Below, piece by piece: positions 13,032-25,021 of a stretch of 64,000 bases of DNA. A program made the translations under genes and the position numbers. Every line of letters starts with the position of its first letter. The first letter of the stretch is position 1. The notes under the pieces were generated by a model. The model had not been told where the DNA came from. It saw nothing but the letters and a program-made list of their open reading frames with translations, and made no database searches. The stretch is from Felis catus (Eukaryota), in assembly GCF_018350175.1 (NCBI RefSeq), contig NC_058368.1:15440001-15504000 (forward strand), read 5' to 3'.

Positions 13032-13268
13032 GGGGCGCCTGGGTGGCTCAGTCGGTTAAGCGTCTGACCTCAGCCAGGTCACGATCTCGCGGTCCGTGAG
13101 TTCGAGGCCCGCGTCGGGCTCTGTGCTGACAGCTCAGAGCCTGGAGCCTGTTTCGGATTCTGTGTCTCCCTCTCTCTGACCCTCCCCCGTTCATGCTTTG
13201 TCTCTCTCTGTCTCAAAAATAAATAAACGCTAAAAAAAAAAAAAAGAAAAGAAAAGAAAAAAAAAAAA
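13032..13268 (+). mobile_element. Young CanSINE (SINEC_Fc-like)
   Basis: CpG-rich near-consensus copy with long A tail. Exact TSD GAAAATTGGAT at 13021-13031 and 13269-13279. Confidence 0.96.
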
Positions 13269-13874
13269 GAAAATTGGATGTAGAGAAATTCAAATACATC
13301 CTTAGAACACTGTGGAGGAAATCAATGGACACAAATTTAGCCTCCCAAAGGTAGTACCAGAGCTGTGGGGTGAGTTCTGAGAAGGAAGAGAGAGACAGTT
13401 GAAGACTGTTAGTCAGCACTTTAAGAAGATGCATTTAAATCTGGTCCCCCTCTATTGGGAACATCATTTGGCTTTTGTTTTCTTCTGGGAAAATCTCCGC
13501 CTCCATCAGCCTTCTCCAGGACATTTATGATATGCGAGAGCTGAATTTGAACCCTGGGAAAATAAACATTTGGAGAAGCCAAACATTGTCTTGAAAACTG
13601 GCAAGGGTAAGAAAATTTGGGGGCAGTGCGAAAAAGTAAAACTACTTCCTAACTGCTTCCAAGTCCTTCCCATACAACGCCTTTCTGGCATGCCAGGGGT
13701 TGTGCTGGCTACATTCATAAAGCAAAACAAACTGTAAAATACGCTTCTGTGCCCAGAACTTTTACTGAGATTGTACACTCATCCCCTAAATTTCTGCTAC
13801 TGACTTGCTGACTTACTTAAGGTAGAATAAGTGACCTATTTTTATATATGGAAGTTTTAATAAATATACTTTAA

Positions 13875-14052
13875 GGTGGTAGTTATCAAACTTTGCTACA
13901 TATTTAAATCAAGTGAGGAGCTTTTAATAATCCACTGCCCAGGCTTCACCCCAGGCTAAGTAAATCTGAGTTTCCGGGGTGAGCTTCAGGGATTGGTATT
14001 TTGTAAACTTTCTAGGTGATTCCAGTGCACAGCCAAAATCTAGAGACACGGC
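13875..14052. mobile_element. MER5-family hAT MITE
   Basis: GTTATCAAACTTTGCTACATATT..AATCAAGTGAGGAGCTTTT..AGGTGATTCCAGTGCACAGCCAAA. Confidence 0.75.
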
Positions 14053-16249
14053 TTAACAGTAATATTTACTTTTCTTCATCCCTCTCATGACAGTTAGAAA
14101 AAAGAAACAAGAAAGGAATTTAATCTAGAAAGAGAAAATTAGAAAAATTCACTCTACAGAGAAAGAAACTAAGTAGTAATTATATCATTTCAGCCTTCAC
14201 CAGATTAATGACTGTGTCAAATCCAACTTCTTTAACTAGTATAGCCCTCAGTGTTTTATTCCCTGGGAACTGGCTAGAACATAATTTAAAAAGAACAAAA
14301 GAAAAATCACAGAAATGTTTCCGTGAGATGTATCTCCATGCTAGAAGGAGGGGCACTGATCAATCAGACCTTATGAAAAGTAAGCAGACCTCAATGTAGC
14401 CAAAAGGATTTCCTATAGACACAAACTCTCAATTGGGCTCAAAATCTTCATTCTAATCATCCATCAGTTTTGATCATTCCCGAGAATACTGTTTTTTTCT
14501 AGGCCAGCCAGTAAGAAAAAACCCCAATCCAACCAACCCGACTAGTTTTACAGTCTCATTTCTCCTTATTTTCCTGAAGAAAGACCAACATCGGGTTTCT
14601 AATCTATGAGACATTTTGCAGGGATAATTCTGAAGGAAGAGAGGACACTGGGAGATGTCACAGGAAGCAGGGAGAACTGAGGGAGATTTCACGAGTTCCT
14701 TCTGCCCCCATACTGGAAAAGAAAATCGGAGGAGGAAGAGTTGGCAAGTCCTTCCACTCCCTTGTAGCGACACTAGCAGGTGCCAGAACTTCCAACGGGG
14801 TAGATCAGGAATGCCGTGCAAGGTTTACAGGCTGCTATGGCCATAGAGGTGTGACTGAGGACCCAGTGCTTGGCCTTGGCCCAGAGGAGAAGAGCTGCCC
14901 ACCCTCTTGAACCATGTGGGCTTGCACACAATACAGTAAGAAGTGAGAGAGGCTCTTTCCTAGATCCTGAAACCCCTGTCCACCTAGACATAAAAGAAGG
15001 GGCCTCCATTATAACTGAGATGGAATTTGCTGGTAACCTGGTGGGATGGGGGCTTGGAGAAGATTAGTCTTGACTTAGGGTTTTTAAAAAATGTGAAATT
15101 TTTACCTCCAAAATTATAGAGGAAAATTCACACTGCTTTCCTGGTATTTCAAAGACTGACCTAGTCTCAGGAGTCAAAAACTGTACCCATCAGAGCATAT
15201 CTAAATTTCAGTTCCAAGATGAAATCACAGATGTAGAGGGAATGAACTTCTAAACAGCCAGAGCTGCCCACTTTTGGAGACACTGCCATACTTTTCAGGA
15301 CAGGCCTGAGACACAAAGATTCATCCCCAAACTCAGAAATGTTTGCTCTTGGGGTAAATCTGTATGTTCTTGGCACACAGAGTTTCACCTTCACATCTGG
15401 CAGTGTCTTTGGAAACTACAATGCACAGCTAAGCAGGAATGTGGACACAACTTGAGGTTTCCTCTCCACAAGCAGTTCTCACTTATTCACCCAATAGACA
15501 TTTACTGGGTATCTACTAAAGGTCAGGTGCTGGGGAATAAAACCAAGGGCTAAACTGGCTTAAGAAGTCGGATTTAACACAGGCTTTCATGTCTGTTACC
15601 TCTTTATTTCCCAGTAATGACAGCTAATGACACAAACCACAGGGCAAAGAGCATCAAAGCTGAGGAACAGTCATGAAGACGTGAAAGCTAAAAAGCAAAT
15701 GGAGAAGTAACTGATACTTGAGACCTTAGACAGCTGAAATCTATACTAGCAAAAGGGAAACTAAGAAGCAATGTGATTTGTACCACAGAACCCCAGAACA
15801 AATCAGGAATTGGCAGTACAAGCTATCTCTAAAAAGAAGGGCAAAAGTGGGGCTGAAAATGGCAAAACTGATTAAAATAATATTTAAGCAGCAGCTTGGC
15901 CAAAGACTAGAGCTTTACTCTCTGGAAAGGGTGCTTTTCTGGACTGGGGACACAGGACAGTGGGTGGGGTTGTCACAGTGAGAATAGAAATTAGGTGAAA
16001 GTGAAAGTGTATTAAATGGCAAGATCCCCTCCCAGCTCATATCCTCGATAGGCCTCCTGGACCACCAGGAGCCAGGCCCATGCCCCTCAGGTAGAAGAGT
16101 AGAAGATAGTTCTCCAGGAAGAATCTGACCAGTCCAAGGGACAAGGATGGAGGGTCCCCAGTGAAAGGGGACCAGCAAGATCACCCAAACCCTGGAGTCA
16201 AGCCTAACAGGACGCAAACCCTGACCTTGTACTTTGAACTTCCAATTGA

Positions 16250-17300
16250 CAACTGGATAACCTCATTCTTAAATATGACCAGAGAGTCAAATTTTTGAGA
16301 TGTGGATGTTTGAGATGTAAAGCAAATAAACAGGGGGAAGAAGGTACTCAGAAGATACAACACAAAGTGAAGGTAATTTAAAAAGAAAGTTTGTCATTAA
16401 TATCTCAGAGACATTAAGAGATTGAATTGATGAAATAAGAACAGAAGGTAGTATTCAGAGAACTGAAAGCAAAATTTTAACAAAAAATAAATGCAGAGAG
16501 AGAGCTCTTAAAAATTTTAGGGGTGCCTGGGTGCCTGAGTCAGTTGAGCGTCTGACTTCGGTTCAGGTCCTGATCTCACGGTTCATGAGTTCAAGCTCTG
16601 CGTTGGGCTCTGTGCTGACAGCTCAGAGCCTGGAGCTGCTTTGGATTCTGTGTGTGTCTCTCTCTCTGCTCCTCCCCACTCGTATGCTGTCTTTCTCTCT
16701 CTCAAAAATAAATTTAAAAAAACATTAAAAAAAATTTTAAATGATAGTAGGAATGAAAATTTTGTCTAGAAGGAGTGAAAAATAAAATTCTGAAATTCTC
16801 CAAGAAATAGAACAAAATCAAGAGAAGGGAAATAGGAAAGAAAGGATAACAACAACTAGAGCCTGTGCAAACAATAAAAGTTTCAGAAAAGATTAACAGA
16901 ATGAAGACAAATTCAAAAATTTTCCCACAGGAATATAAATTCGCATATCATTTGCTACTCACAATGAATTAATAGAGACCAAATCAAGACACAGCATTGT
17001 CAAACTTCCAAATATTGGGCTCCAAGAGAAAATTCTAATGCTTTCCAGAAAAAAAAAAAAAAAAGAACAGGAAACATACAAAGCAGTGGGAATCATACTG
17101 ATATCAGATTTTTCAATGGCAACACTGGAGGCTAGAAGACAGTGGTGCCTGCCTTTAAAAACTAGGGGGGAAATATTTCCTTCCAGAATTCTATACCCCC
17201 AAAAACTTTAATCAACTGATGTATAAAATATTTTATTACCATGTGCCCTTACTCAGGAAACAACTGAAGGATATGGTCCTACAAAATGATAGAACGGACC
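16250..17300 (+). mobile_element. HAL1 or old L1 ORF1-like remnant, interrupted by a SINE
   Basis: ATCAGATTTTTCAATGGCAACACTGGAGGCTAGAAGACAGTGG...AGAATTCTATACCC matches the L1/HAL1 ORF1 C-terminal region. The element may extend to about 15.6-17.7 kb. Confidence 0.7.
16520..16735 (+). mobile_element. CanSINE
   Basis: GGGGTGCCTGGGTG head, core and tail. Confidence 0.92.
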
Positions 17301-18967
17301 CCCCTGCATGCCCCCCCCCAAAAAAGGACAAGTGAGTAGAAACCAACATGGACTCCAGGAAATAAGGCATCCTACAAGGGCAAAGGGAATCTCCACAATG
17401 CTAGTGAAGTGGGGGCCAAGCCTAGTACAGCCTGAGCAAGTAACCAGTCCATGTTGGAATAAGACAATAGAAGCCATGTCTTCAGAAAGATGGAATCAAA
17501 AAATATGAGGTAGCTATTTTGCAAAGAAAGGAAGAGAAGAAGTAGTCAGAGGGGAACTGGAAGAACTAAACCTTCATCTCCCAGAAAAGAGAGTCAATAG
17601 AGAAAAATCTAAGATGTAAAAATCAAGATATATAAGTGCAGGCATATTACTTAGAGATTTGGACGTAACTGCAAAAAAGAAAAAGCCAAAGCATGAAAGT
17701 GATTGCCAGCTCAGGTGGAAGGAGATGGCAAGGCGGGGAAGTGTGGAGACAGGACACCCCTCTCTTAGACAGTACAGTTAGACTGACAGATGTTTTGGAA
17801 AATTCCACCCCTAGCTCAGATACCTCCGTCCCTCTGTCTTTTCAGTGGTGCATTCAGTGGTGCACACAATTATTCCTTGGCATTATCAGAGCAATCAGAA
17901 ACAATCAATACATACTAAATATGGTGGATTACTGTCAGTGAGGCACAGATAAGGAATATGCTGTGCTTTAAAATTAGATGTACATTACTTTTTGGGTGAG
18001 AAGCTAAAGCAGTAACCTCAAGAATAAGACTGAGAAACTCTGTGGTTCTAGACCTAATTTAACCAGCATGTGGTATAACCTGGGGCAAATCATTCTTCTT
18101 GCTTGGAAAACAGAGTTCTAAAATAAGGATTATAATAATATTGACCCTGTTCACAGGAAGGTTATTAGGATTAACTTACAAATAATTATAAAATGGCTTT
18201 GCAAATATTGCATTAGATCAGAATACCTAACCCCAGGCAACATATCTTTGCAGTTGAAATAAAGTTGAAATGTCTTTGATTGTTCATCATGGCCATAAAA
18301 TAGAATGGAATATGAATGAATTACCAAATGTTAAGGTTGCCCCTAATGAGTTCATTGGTATTCATTGGTTACATTGCTCATGGCAGCCACACAAATCAAC
18401 AAAATTTCAGTTGAACATACTGGGTCACAGGTCAAATCCAGACAATTTTTTAAAAGATGGTTGATGGGTTTTGTCAAATAAATTAACATCAGTTTAGAAA
18501 TTCAGGTAAATGAATAGTGTATCAGACAGAGTCCTGGGAGAAAAACACAGAATCCAACGCAGGTGGTTTAAGGAGCTTTCATTAAAATGTGGGCCAAGAT
18601 AAGCAACAGACCCAAGGTATTGATGCCTCTAGAAACTAGCCACAGAGGCATGGTTACCACCCTTACATCTGAGGGTCAAGGGAAGGTAAGCCATGTGGGG
18701 AACCCAGAACTGAGTTGTGGGAAAGCCTGCACGAGGAAACACGGTCAAAGAATCCAGACTTTGCCAGGAGAGAGAAGGGAAGACATGGCCTAACTTCACT
18801 CTCCCACTACTTATTACCACATTTCATTCAGTATTTCTATTTGCTTTTAAAATCTTGACTGATTCAGACCATTATATCCTAGTTCTGCTGCTTTTGCAAG
18901 ACAATCAGTAAATCACAGTCTTACAGAGTTGATGGACAATTAAGTAGGTTTCAGAACTAAATATACA

Positions 18968-19076
18968 GTTGGTTAAGTGTCTTACTTTGGCTCAGGTCAC
19001 GATCTCATGGTTCATGAGTTCTAGCCCCGCACCAGGCTCTGTGCTGCCAGCTCTGAGCCTACAGCCTGCTTCAGAT

Positions 19077-19107
<31 letters not shown>

Positions 19108-19125
19108 GCACCTCCTCCACATTCA
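18968..19125 (+). mobile_element. Partial CanSINE
   Basis: GTTGGTTAAGTGTC..GGCTCAGGTCACGATCTCATGG..(CT)n. Head and tail are missing. Confidence 0.85.
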
Positions 19126-19256
19126 GGTTAACAGCATAATTGGGCTAACTTTGAGAAGCAAATATTTTAGTATTAAACTTCAGTTAACTCTAGTCATTGG
19201 ATTCAGAAACACAAAATAGTTATTCTAAAAAGGAAAATCTAGTTCTTGAGTTAGCT

Positions 19257-19475
19257 GGGGCGCCTGGGTGGCTCAGTCGGTTTAGCATCTGACTTCAGTT
19301 CAGGTCATGATCTCACAGCTTGTGAGTTCAGAGTCCCGCATCAGGCTCTATGCTGACAGCTCAGAGCCTGGAGCCTGCTTCGGATTCTGTGTCTCCCTCT
19401 CTCTCTGCCCCTCCAGTTTGCACTCTGTCTCTTTCTTTCTCTCTCAAAAATAAATAAACATTAAAGAAAAAAAAA
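19257..19475 (+). mobile_element. CanSINE
   Basis: GGGGCGCCTGGGTGGCTCAGTCGG head, A tail. Confidence 0.93.
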
Positions 19476-19824
19476 GATATTACCTGTTATTACCACCCAA
19501 CCTCCACACTCCTACTGGTGCTTCCCACTGGTTGTTTCCAAACAGAAGCCAGAAGGTCAGGAGATGCAGCTCATAGGTCAGCCTCTTAGGACACAGAGGA
19601 TGCCTGAGGGGATTGAGAATGTATCCAAGGGGTGGTAAATGGAGAATAACCAGCATAAATAAATTCAACCCCCAAAACACTGAATACCAGCCTAGCTTTA
19701 AAAATAAGGTTGTGTCTTCCTTTCAACGTATTCATAAGCCATTGAAAAATTCTACTCTACATTTTTCTTGGCAGTTAGCAACAAATTCCATATGTGCTTG
19801 GGTTTTGACTAGGCGTGCACTTTG

Positions 19825-20310
19825 ATTAGGGATGGTACGTGACTAAGTAACAGAAAATCCCATTCCAGTGATGAAGGTAAGTGGGATTCACCCATGAGAA
19901 GTTTGGAGGCAGTAGGCTGCTGGCACGGTCAGTACCCAAGGACATCAGAGCCAGACTCGGTGGTTCTCTGGGCTTTCACCTCAAAGCTGCAAGATAGCTG
20001 TTGCAGCTTCAGATATCAAGCCTTCAAGGAAGGAAAAGGGCAGAATGGAATAGAGAGCGATGCTAGCTGCATCTGTCTATTTTTATCAGGAGAACAAATG
20101 TTTTCCTAGACAACTCAGTCAGATTCCACACTTGCTTCAGTCAAATTCCAACTTTGTTTCATTGACCATAACTGCAACACACTTCCAACTGCAAAAGAGG
20201 CTTTATAAGCATAGATTTAGGTGAATGTTCCTACCCCTAACAAAATCTGGGTTCTGGCGGCATGAAGGAAGGAGATGTTTTATAGGTAATTAAAAGTATC
20301 TGCCACAGTG
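19825..20310 (-). mobile_element. Old MaLR LTR fragment
   Basis: AAGTAACAGAAAATCC..AAGCTGCAAGATAGCTGTTGCAGCTTCAGATATCA..TATCTGCCACA. Confidence 0.55.
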
Positions 20311-20540
20311 AAATGTCATCTATATATTCTATAGTTTGTTACGTTAGATACTCAAAAGAAGCCCATTAATACTCATTAAACGTTAGATAAGAAAAAGCAA
20401 TGTCCACTTACTCTTGCTTCTCTAATGAATGAACCAGAAGGGTAGTGAGTCTTATCGTCTGAAAACTGTTACCCTGTCCATTGCCACCAACCCATTTCTT
20501 ATAGCTGTTAGGAGAGAAGTGATTTAAAAGAAGTATCTCA

Positions 20541-20758
20541 GGACGCCTGGGTGGCTCAGTTGGTTAAGCGTCCAGTTTCGGCTCAGGTCATGATCTCATG
20601 GTTCGTGAATTCGAACCCCACGTTGGGCTCTGTGCTGACTGCTCAGAGACTGGAGACTGCTTCACATTCTGTGTCTCCTTCTCTCTCTGCCCCACCTCCA
20701 CTCAAGCTCTGTCTCTCCCTCTCTCTCAAAAATAAAAACATTAAAAAATTTTTTTAAA
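20541..20758 (+). mobile_element. CanSINE (first of a tandem pair)
   Basis: Head, core and tail. Confidence 0.93.
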
Positions 20759-20759
20759 T

Positions 20760-20985
20760 GGGGCACCTGGGTGGCTCAGTTGGTTAAGTGTCCGACTGAG
20801 GCTCAGGTCATGATCTCATGTTTGTGAGTTTGAGCCCCGCATCAGGCTCTGTGCTGACAGCTTAGAGCCTGGAGCCTGCTTCAGATTCTGTATCTCCCTC
20901 TCTCTCTGCCCCTACCCCTCTCACTCTCTCTCTTTTTCTTTCTCAAAAACAAATAAATATTAAGAATTTTTTTTAATTAAAAAAA
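20760..20985 (+). mobile_element. CanSINE (second of a tandem pair)
   Basis: Head follows directly after the tail of the previous SINE. Confidence 0.93.
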
Positions 20986-21790
20986 AAGAAATAACTCAAG
21001 AACATGATTTTGCTGTTTTTAAGGTTATTTTGTGTTCCTGTATCCTAGTCATTGCTAGGGCTTATATTTAGTTCAAATAGTACTAATATATTTGCTTCTG
21101 AAAATTTGCCCAATTATGCTCTTAAAAAATCTTATCTAGTTTCCAAATACACCTAGTATTGCCTTGACCCTATAAGACATGGTCTCTGGATTGCCATGCA
21201 AAGGCAGCAGCACAAGGAATTACAAATCTGAATTGGCAGAGGTTTTATTATAATTAAAAGTATTGAGTAAGATGTCCCTAGATGTAGCGTGTTGATCAGT
21301 TACAAAGGATAATATGCCACAGACCAATTATTGGCTTATTTCCAAGGGGTGATCCTACCTACCCCTTGTGTTAATGATTAGCTGCCAAGTAACAGTCATT
21401 GACAGAGAAGGAGAACACAGAAACCACACCTCAGATTTCTTTATGGCCATGATTCATCCTACTTATACAACCTCAGTGTGATGTGTGACCTTGAGGTGCT
21501 ATCATTTCAGTGGTTTTTAAAATTTTTTTTACCACTGTTTTATTCTGCATTACATTGCATCTATTATTCATATGAATCTTGGAACAAAGCTAATATTCCT
21601 GCCACATCACTTTGTTTTCTGTCACACTCCCTTTCTGGCCACTTCTGCTCCAGAGTACTCTGGATGAAAGCATTTGTTATACAACCAGCCTACAGTGTAA
21701 ACCTTGCCCTATGGGCTTAACTTCACATTGACTCACAAAGGGGAGGGAAAATCATATTTTGGAGTGTAGACTTTAAAATCTGAACAATTC

Positions 21791-21985
21791 TGGAGGGCTT
21801 GGGTTGCTCAGTCAGTTGAGCATCAGGCTCTTGATTTTAGCTCAGGTCATGATCTCACAGTTGTGAAATCAAGCCCCACATCGGGCTCTGTATTGACAGC
21901 ATGGAGCCTGCTTGGAATTCTCTCTCTCCCCTTCCCCTGCTCACGCTCCCTGTCTCAAAATAAATGAATAAACTTAAAAAAAAAT
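21791..21985 (+). mobile_element. CanSINE
   Basis: TSD AAAATCTGAACAAT on both sides. Confidence 0.92.
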
Positions 21986-22204
21986 AAAATCTGAACAATC
22001 CTGGTATATCCATAATACTGAGACAAGGTTTCAAAGGCAGCCTCATGCAAAACATGGAATGATATTCAATTCAGTAATACTGGTCTGTGTTTTAGTTAAT
22101 CAGTACTGTTGAACTATAACAGAAAAAGATTTCATAATCACAGTAAGCCATAGTAGACTATAGGCTATAACTCCTGTAATGCTTGAAAATTGAAAATTTG
22201 AAAT

Positions 22205-22415
22205 GGGGGATTGCTGAGTGGCTCAGTCACTTAAGCGCCCAACTCTTGATTTGGCTCAGGTCATGATCTCATGGTTTGTGAGTTCAAGCCCTGCATCAGG
22301 CTGGCACTGAAAGATTCTCTTGCAAGTCTTTCTCTCTCTCTTTCTGTCTCTGCCCCTCCCCTGCTCAGTCTCATGTACTCTCTCTCTCAAAAATAAATAA
22401 ATAAAACATTTTTAA
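22205..22415 (+). mobile_element. Diverged CanSINE
   Basis: GAGTGGCTCAGTCACTTAAG..GGCTCAGGTCATGATCTC..(CT)n..AAAATAAATAAA. Confidence 0.88.
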
Positions 22416-23292
22416 AAAATTCCACACCAGAAAAACAAATAATCCAGTGAAGAAATGGGCAGAAAACATGAATAGACACTTTTCTAAAGAAGACATCCAG
22501 ATGGTCAACAGGCACATGAAAAGATGCTCAACGTCACTTCTCATCGGGGAAATACAAATCAAAATCACACTGAGATATCACCTCACACCAGTCAGAGTGG
22601 CTAAAATGAACAAATCAGGAGACCATAGATGCTGGAGAGGATGTGGAGAAACGGGAACCCTCTTGCACTGTTGGTGGGAATGCAAACTGGTACAGCCTCT
22701 CTGGAAAACAATGTGGAGGTTCCTCAAAACATTCAAAATAGATCTACCCTATGACCCAGCAATAGCACTGCTAGAAATTTACCCAAGGGATACAGGAGGG
22801 CTGATGCAAAGGGGCACTTGTACCTCAATGTTTACAGCAGCACTGTCAACAATAGCCAAATTATGGAAAGAGCCTAAATGTCCATTAACTGATGAATGGA
22901 TAAAGAAATTGTGGTTTATATACACAGTGGAATACTACTTGGCAATGAGAAAGAATGAAATATGGCCTTTTGTAGCAACATGGATGGAAATGGAGAGAGT
23001 TATGCTAAGTGAAATAAGCCAGACAGAGAAAGACAGATACCATATGTTTTCACTCTTATGTGGATCCTGAGAAACTTAACAGAAGACCATGGGGGAGGGG
23101 ACGGAAAAAAAGAAGTTCGAGAGGAGGGAGCCAAATCATAAGTGAGTCTTAAAATCTGAGAATAAACTGAGGGTTGATGGGGGCTGGAATGGAGGGAAAA
23201 GTGGGTGATGGGCATTGAGGAGGGCACCTGTTGCGCTGAGCGCTGGGTGTTGCATGGAAACCAATTTGACAATAAATTTCATTAAAAAAAAA
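22416..23292 (+). mobile_element. 5'-truncated felid LINE-1 (ORF2 C-terminus and 3'UTR)
   Basis: Open 207-aa ORF 22447..23070 with [42 protein letters not shown] and poly-A follow. Confidence 0.96.
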
Positions 23293-23356
23293 GCAGTGGG
23301 GAAAAAAAAACTTGAAATGGGGTTGTATGATAATGAAAGTCAGTCCTACATTTATT

Positions 23357-23582
23357 TATTTTTTTTTTAATTTTTTTTTCAACGTTTATTTATTTTTGGG
23401 ACAGAGAGAGACAGAGCATGAACGGGGGAGGGGCAGAGAGAGAGGGAGACACAGAATCGGAAACAGGCTCCAGGCTCCGAGCCATCAGCCCAGAGCCCGA
23501 CGCGGGGCTCAAACTCACGGACCGCGAGATCGTGACCTGGCTGAAGTCGGACGCTTAACCGACTGCGCCACCCAGGCGCCCC
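23357..23582 (-). mobile_element. Young CanSINE (SINEC_Fc-like)
   Basis: CpG-rich near-consensus copy. Exact TSD AGTCCTACATTTATT at 23342-23356 and 23583-23597. Confidence 0.97.
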
Positions 23583-23639
23583 AGTCCTACATTTATTATG
23601 GACAAAATTACCTCAGGCATCTCCTGAGACATTCCTTTA

Positions 23640-23915
23640 AAATACAGCTAATAGGACATGCCACTATTTTGCCCTTTTTTCTTTATTATTTCCTTTATCC
23701 TGCTGCTGAGAACATGGCTGGAGCTTTTGGTACCATCTTGGATCATGAGGCAAAAGGTCCCACCCTAGGAATGATGGGGTAATGAACTGGAAGGACTGGG
23801 TTCCTAAAGACTTTGAGGACCAGCTCTTGATTTTACACTTGGAGATTTCAATGTGAAAGAGAAATAAGCTTCTATTTTGTTTAAGCCATTCCTGTTGTGG
23901 GTCTTTAGTATTCGC
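23640..23915 (+). mobile_element. Old MaLR LTR fragment (MLT1J-like)
   Basis: ATGGCTGGAGCT..CCATCTTGGATCATGAGG..ATGTGAAAGAGAAATAAGCTTCTATTTTGTTTAAGCCA. Confidence 0.7.
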
Positions 23916-23954
23916 AAACACATTGCTAACACATAAAAGCTCAAGTAACAACAC

Positions 23955-24140
23955 TAATGATAGCTAACATTTATTGACTTCTTGCTTTATCATATACCAT
24001 GCTAAGCACTTTATTTGCACTATCATCTTTAATCTGTGTAACACTCTTATGAGGCAGGTGCCATTATTTTACAAAGGAGAAAACCAGATTTCTGGCAATG
24101 GGATTGAAGCTCAGGCACCTGACTCCAGTACCCAGGTTTG
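23955..24140 (-). mobile_element. MIR
   Basis: ATGATAGCTAACATTTATTGA..CCATGCTAAGCACTTTA..TTATGAGGCAGGT..ATTTTACAAAGGAGAAAAC. Confidence 0.75.
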
Positions 24141-24287
24141 AAACATTAACCATGGTGAGAAATATCTTTGTGAGTTTGACTCATGGCTCCTGCATATAGT
24201 TCACTTATATCATTTCAAGCATTATTTTGTCTCAGTTGTTGAACCTTCCCTCCTTCCAAATGTCCTACCTATTAAACAAATACTTTA

Positions 24288-24498
24288 TTTTTTTAATTAA
24301 TTTTTTAAATGTTTATTTATTTTTGAAAGATAGAGATGTGAAGGGGGAGGGACAGAGAGAGAGGGACACAGAATCTGAAGCAGGCTCCAGGCTCTGAGCT
24401 GTCAGCACAGAGCCTGACACAGGGCTCCAACACATGAACCATGAGATCATGACCTGAGCCAGTTGGACGCTTAACCAACTTAGCCACCCAGGTGCCCC
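24288..24498 (-). mobile_element. CanSINE
   Basis: Exact TSD TTAAACAAATACTTTA at 24272-24287 and 24499-24514. Confidence 0.95.
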
Positions 24499-25021
24499 TT
24501 AAACAAATACTTTAATAGGTTACAATACTCTATGTTATCTAAGGTTAAGGAAGGGAGAAATGGCATTTATTCTGATAGAGCATATATATAATTGGCTTGT
24601 GCTTTGCAGAAAAAGACAATTTAATTTTCCTTACTGCTGTACAATGGGGAAAAATAAGTAGAAGATAGAGAAAACGTCTTCAAGAATGATTCAGAAAGGA
24701 GGGATGTAGTCAGAGAACAATCTGCGGCCAGTAATATCCCAATGCAACCCTCCACAACATAGTATTTAAAGTACTTTATAGGTCAGAAGCTAGGGAAAGA
24801 AAGAAAAAACAAGCTTAAAAAAATGCAGAAAGAGAAGAGTTTTGCCAAAGAAGTTAACCAGAACAAGCTTTGGTAGAGTAGACTACAACACCTTTGTTTC
24901 TCCATTATTCCAATGAATTCATTATAATGTCTAGCCTGGGATAAATTTCTTTCAGCCTCTTCCTGGATTTTTGACAAAAGTTTGCAAAATTATCTGGTTT
25001 CCACCAATGGTATGTTTTTCC

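Larger units (their letters stand above)
18518..19655 (-). mobile_element. Old ERVL-class LTR (LTR33-like) in two pieces (~18518-18810 and ~19490-19655)
   Basis: CTTCCCACTGG..CCAAACAGAAGCCAGAAGGTCAGGAG..ATAGGTCAGCCTC..AAATGGAGAATAACCAGCA resembles antisense LTR33. Confidence 0.5.

Noticed and set aside
14590..15120. Possible very old LTR-like segment
   Set aside because: The resemblance is too weak to name a family or set boundaries without a Dfam search.
22447..23070. 207-aa ORF as a host gene
   Set aside because: It is the L1 ORF2 C-terminus of a 5'-truncated, non-autonomous copy.
23312..23782. 156-aa ORF and the many similar MAQSVK../LAQVMIS.. ORFs across the window
   Set aside because: These are translations of CanSINE sequence.
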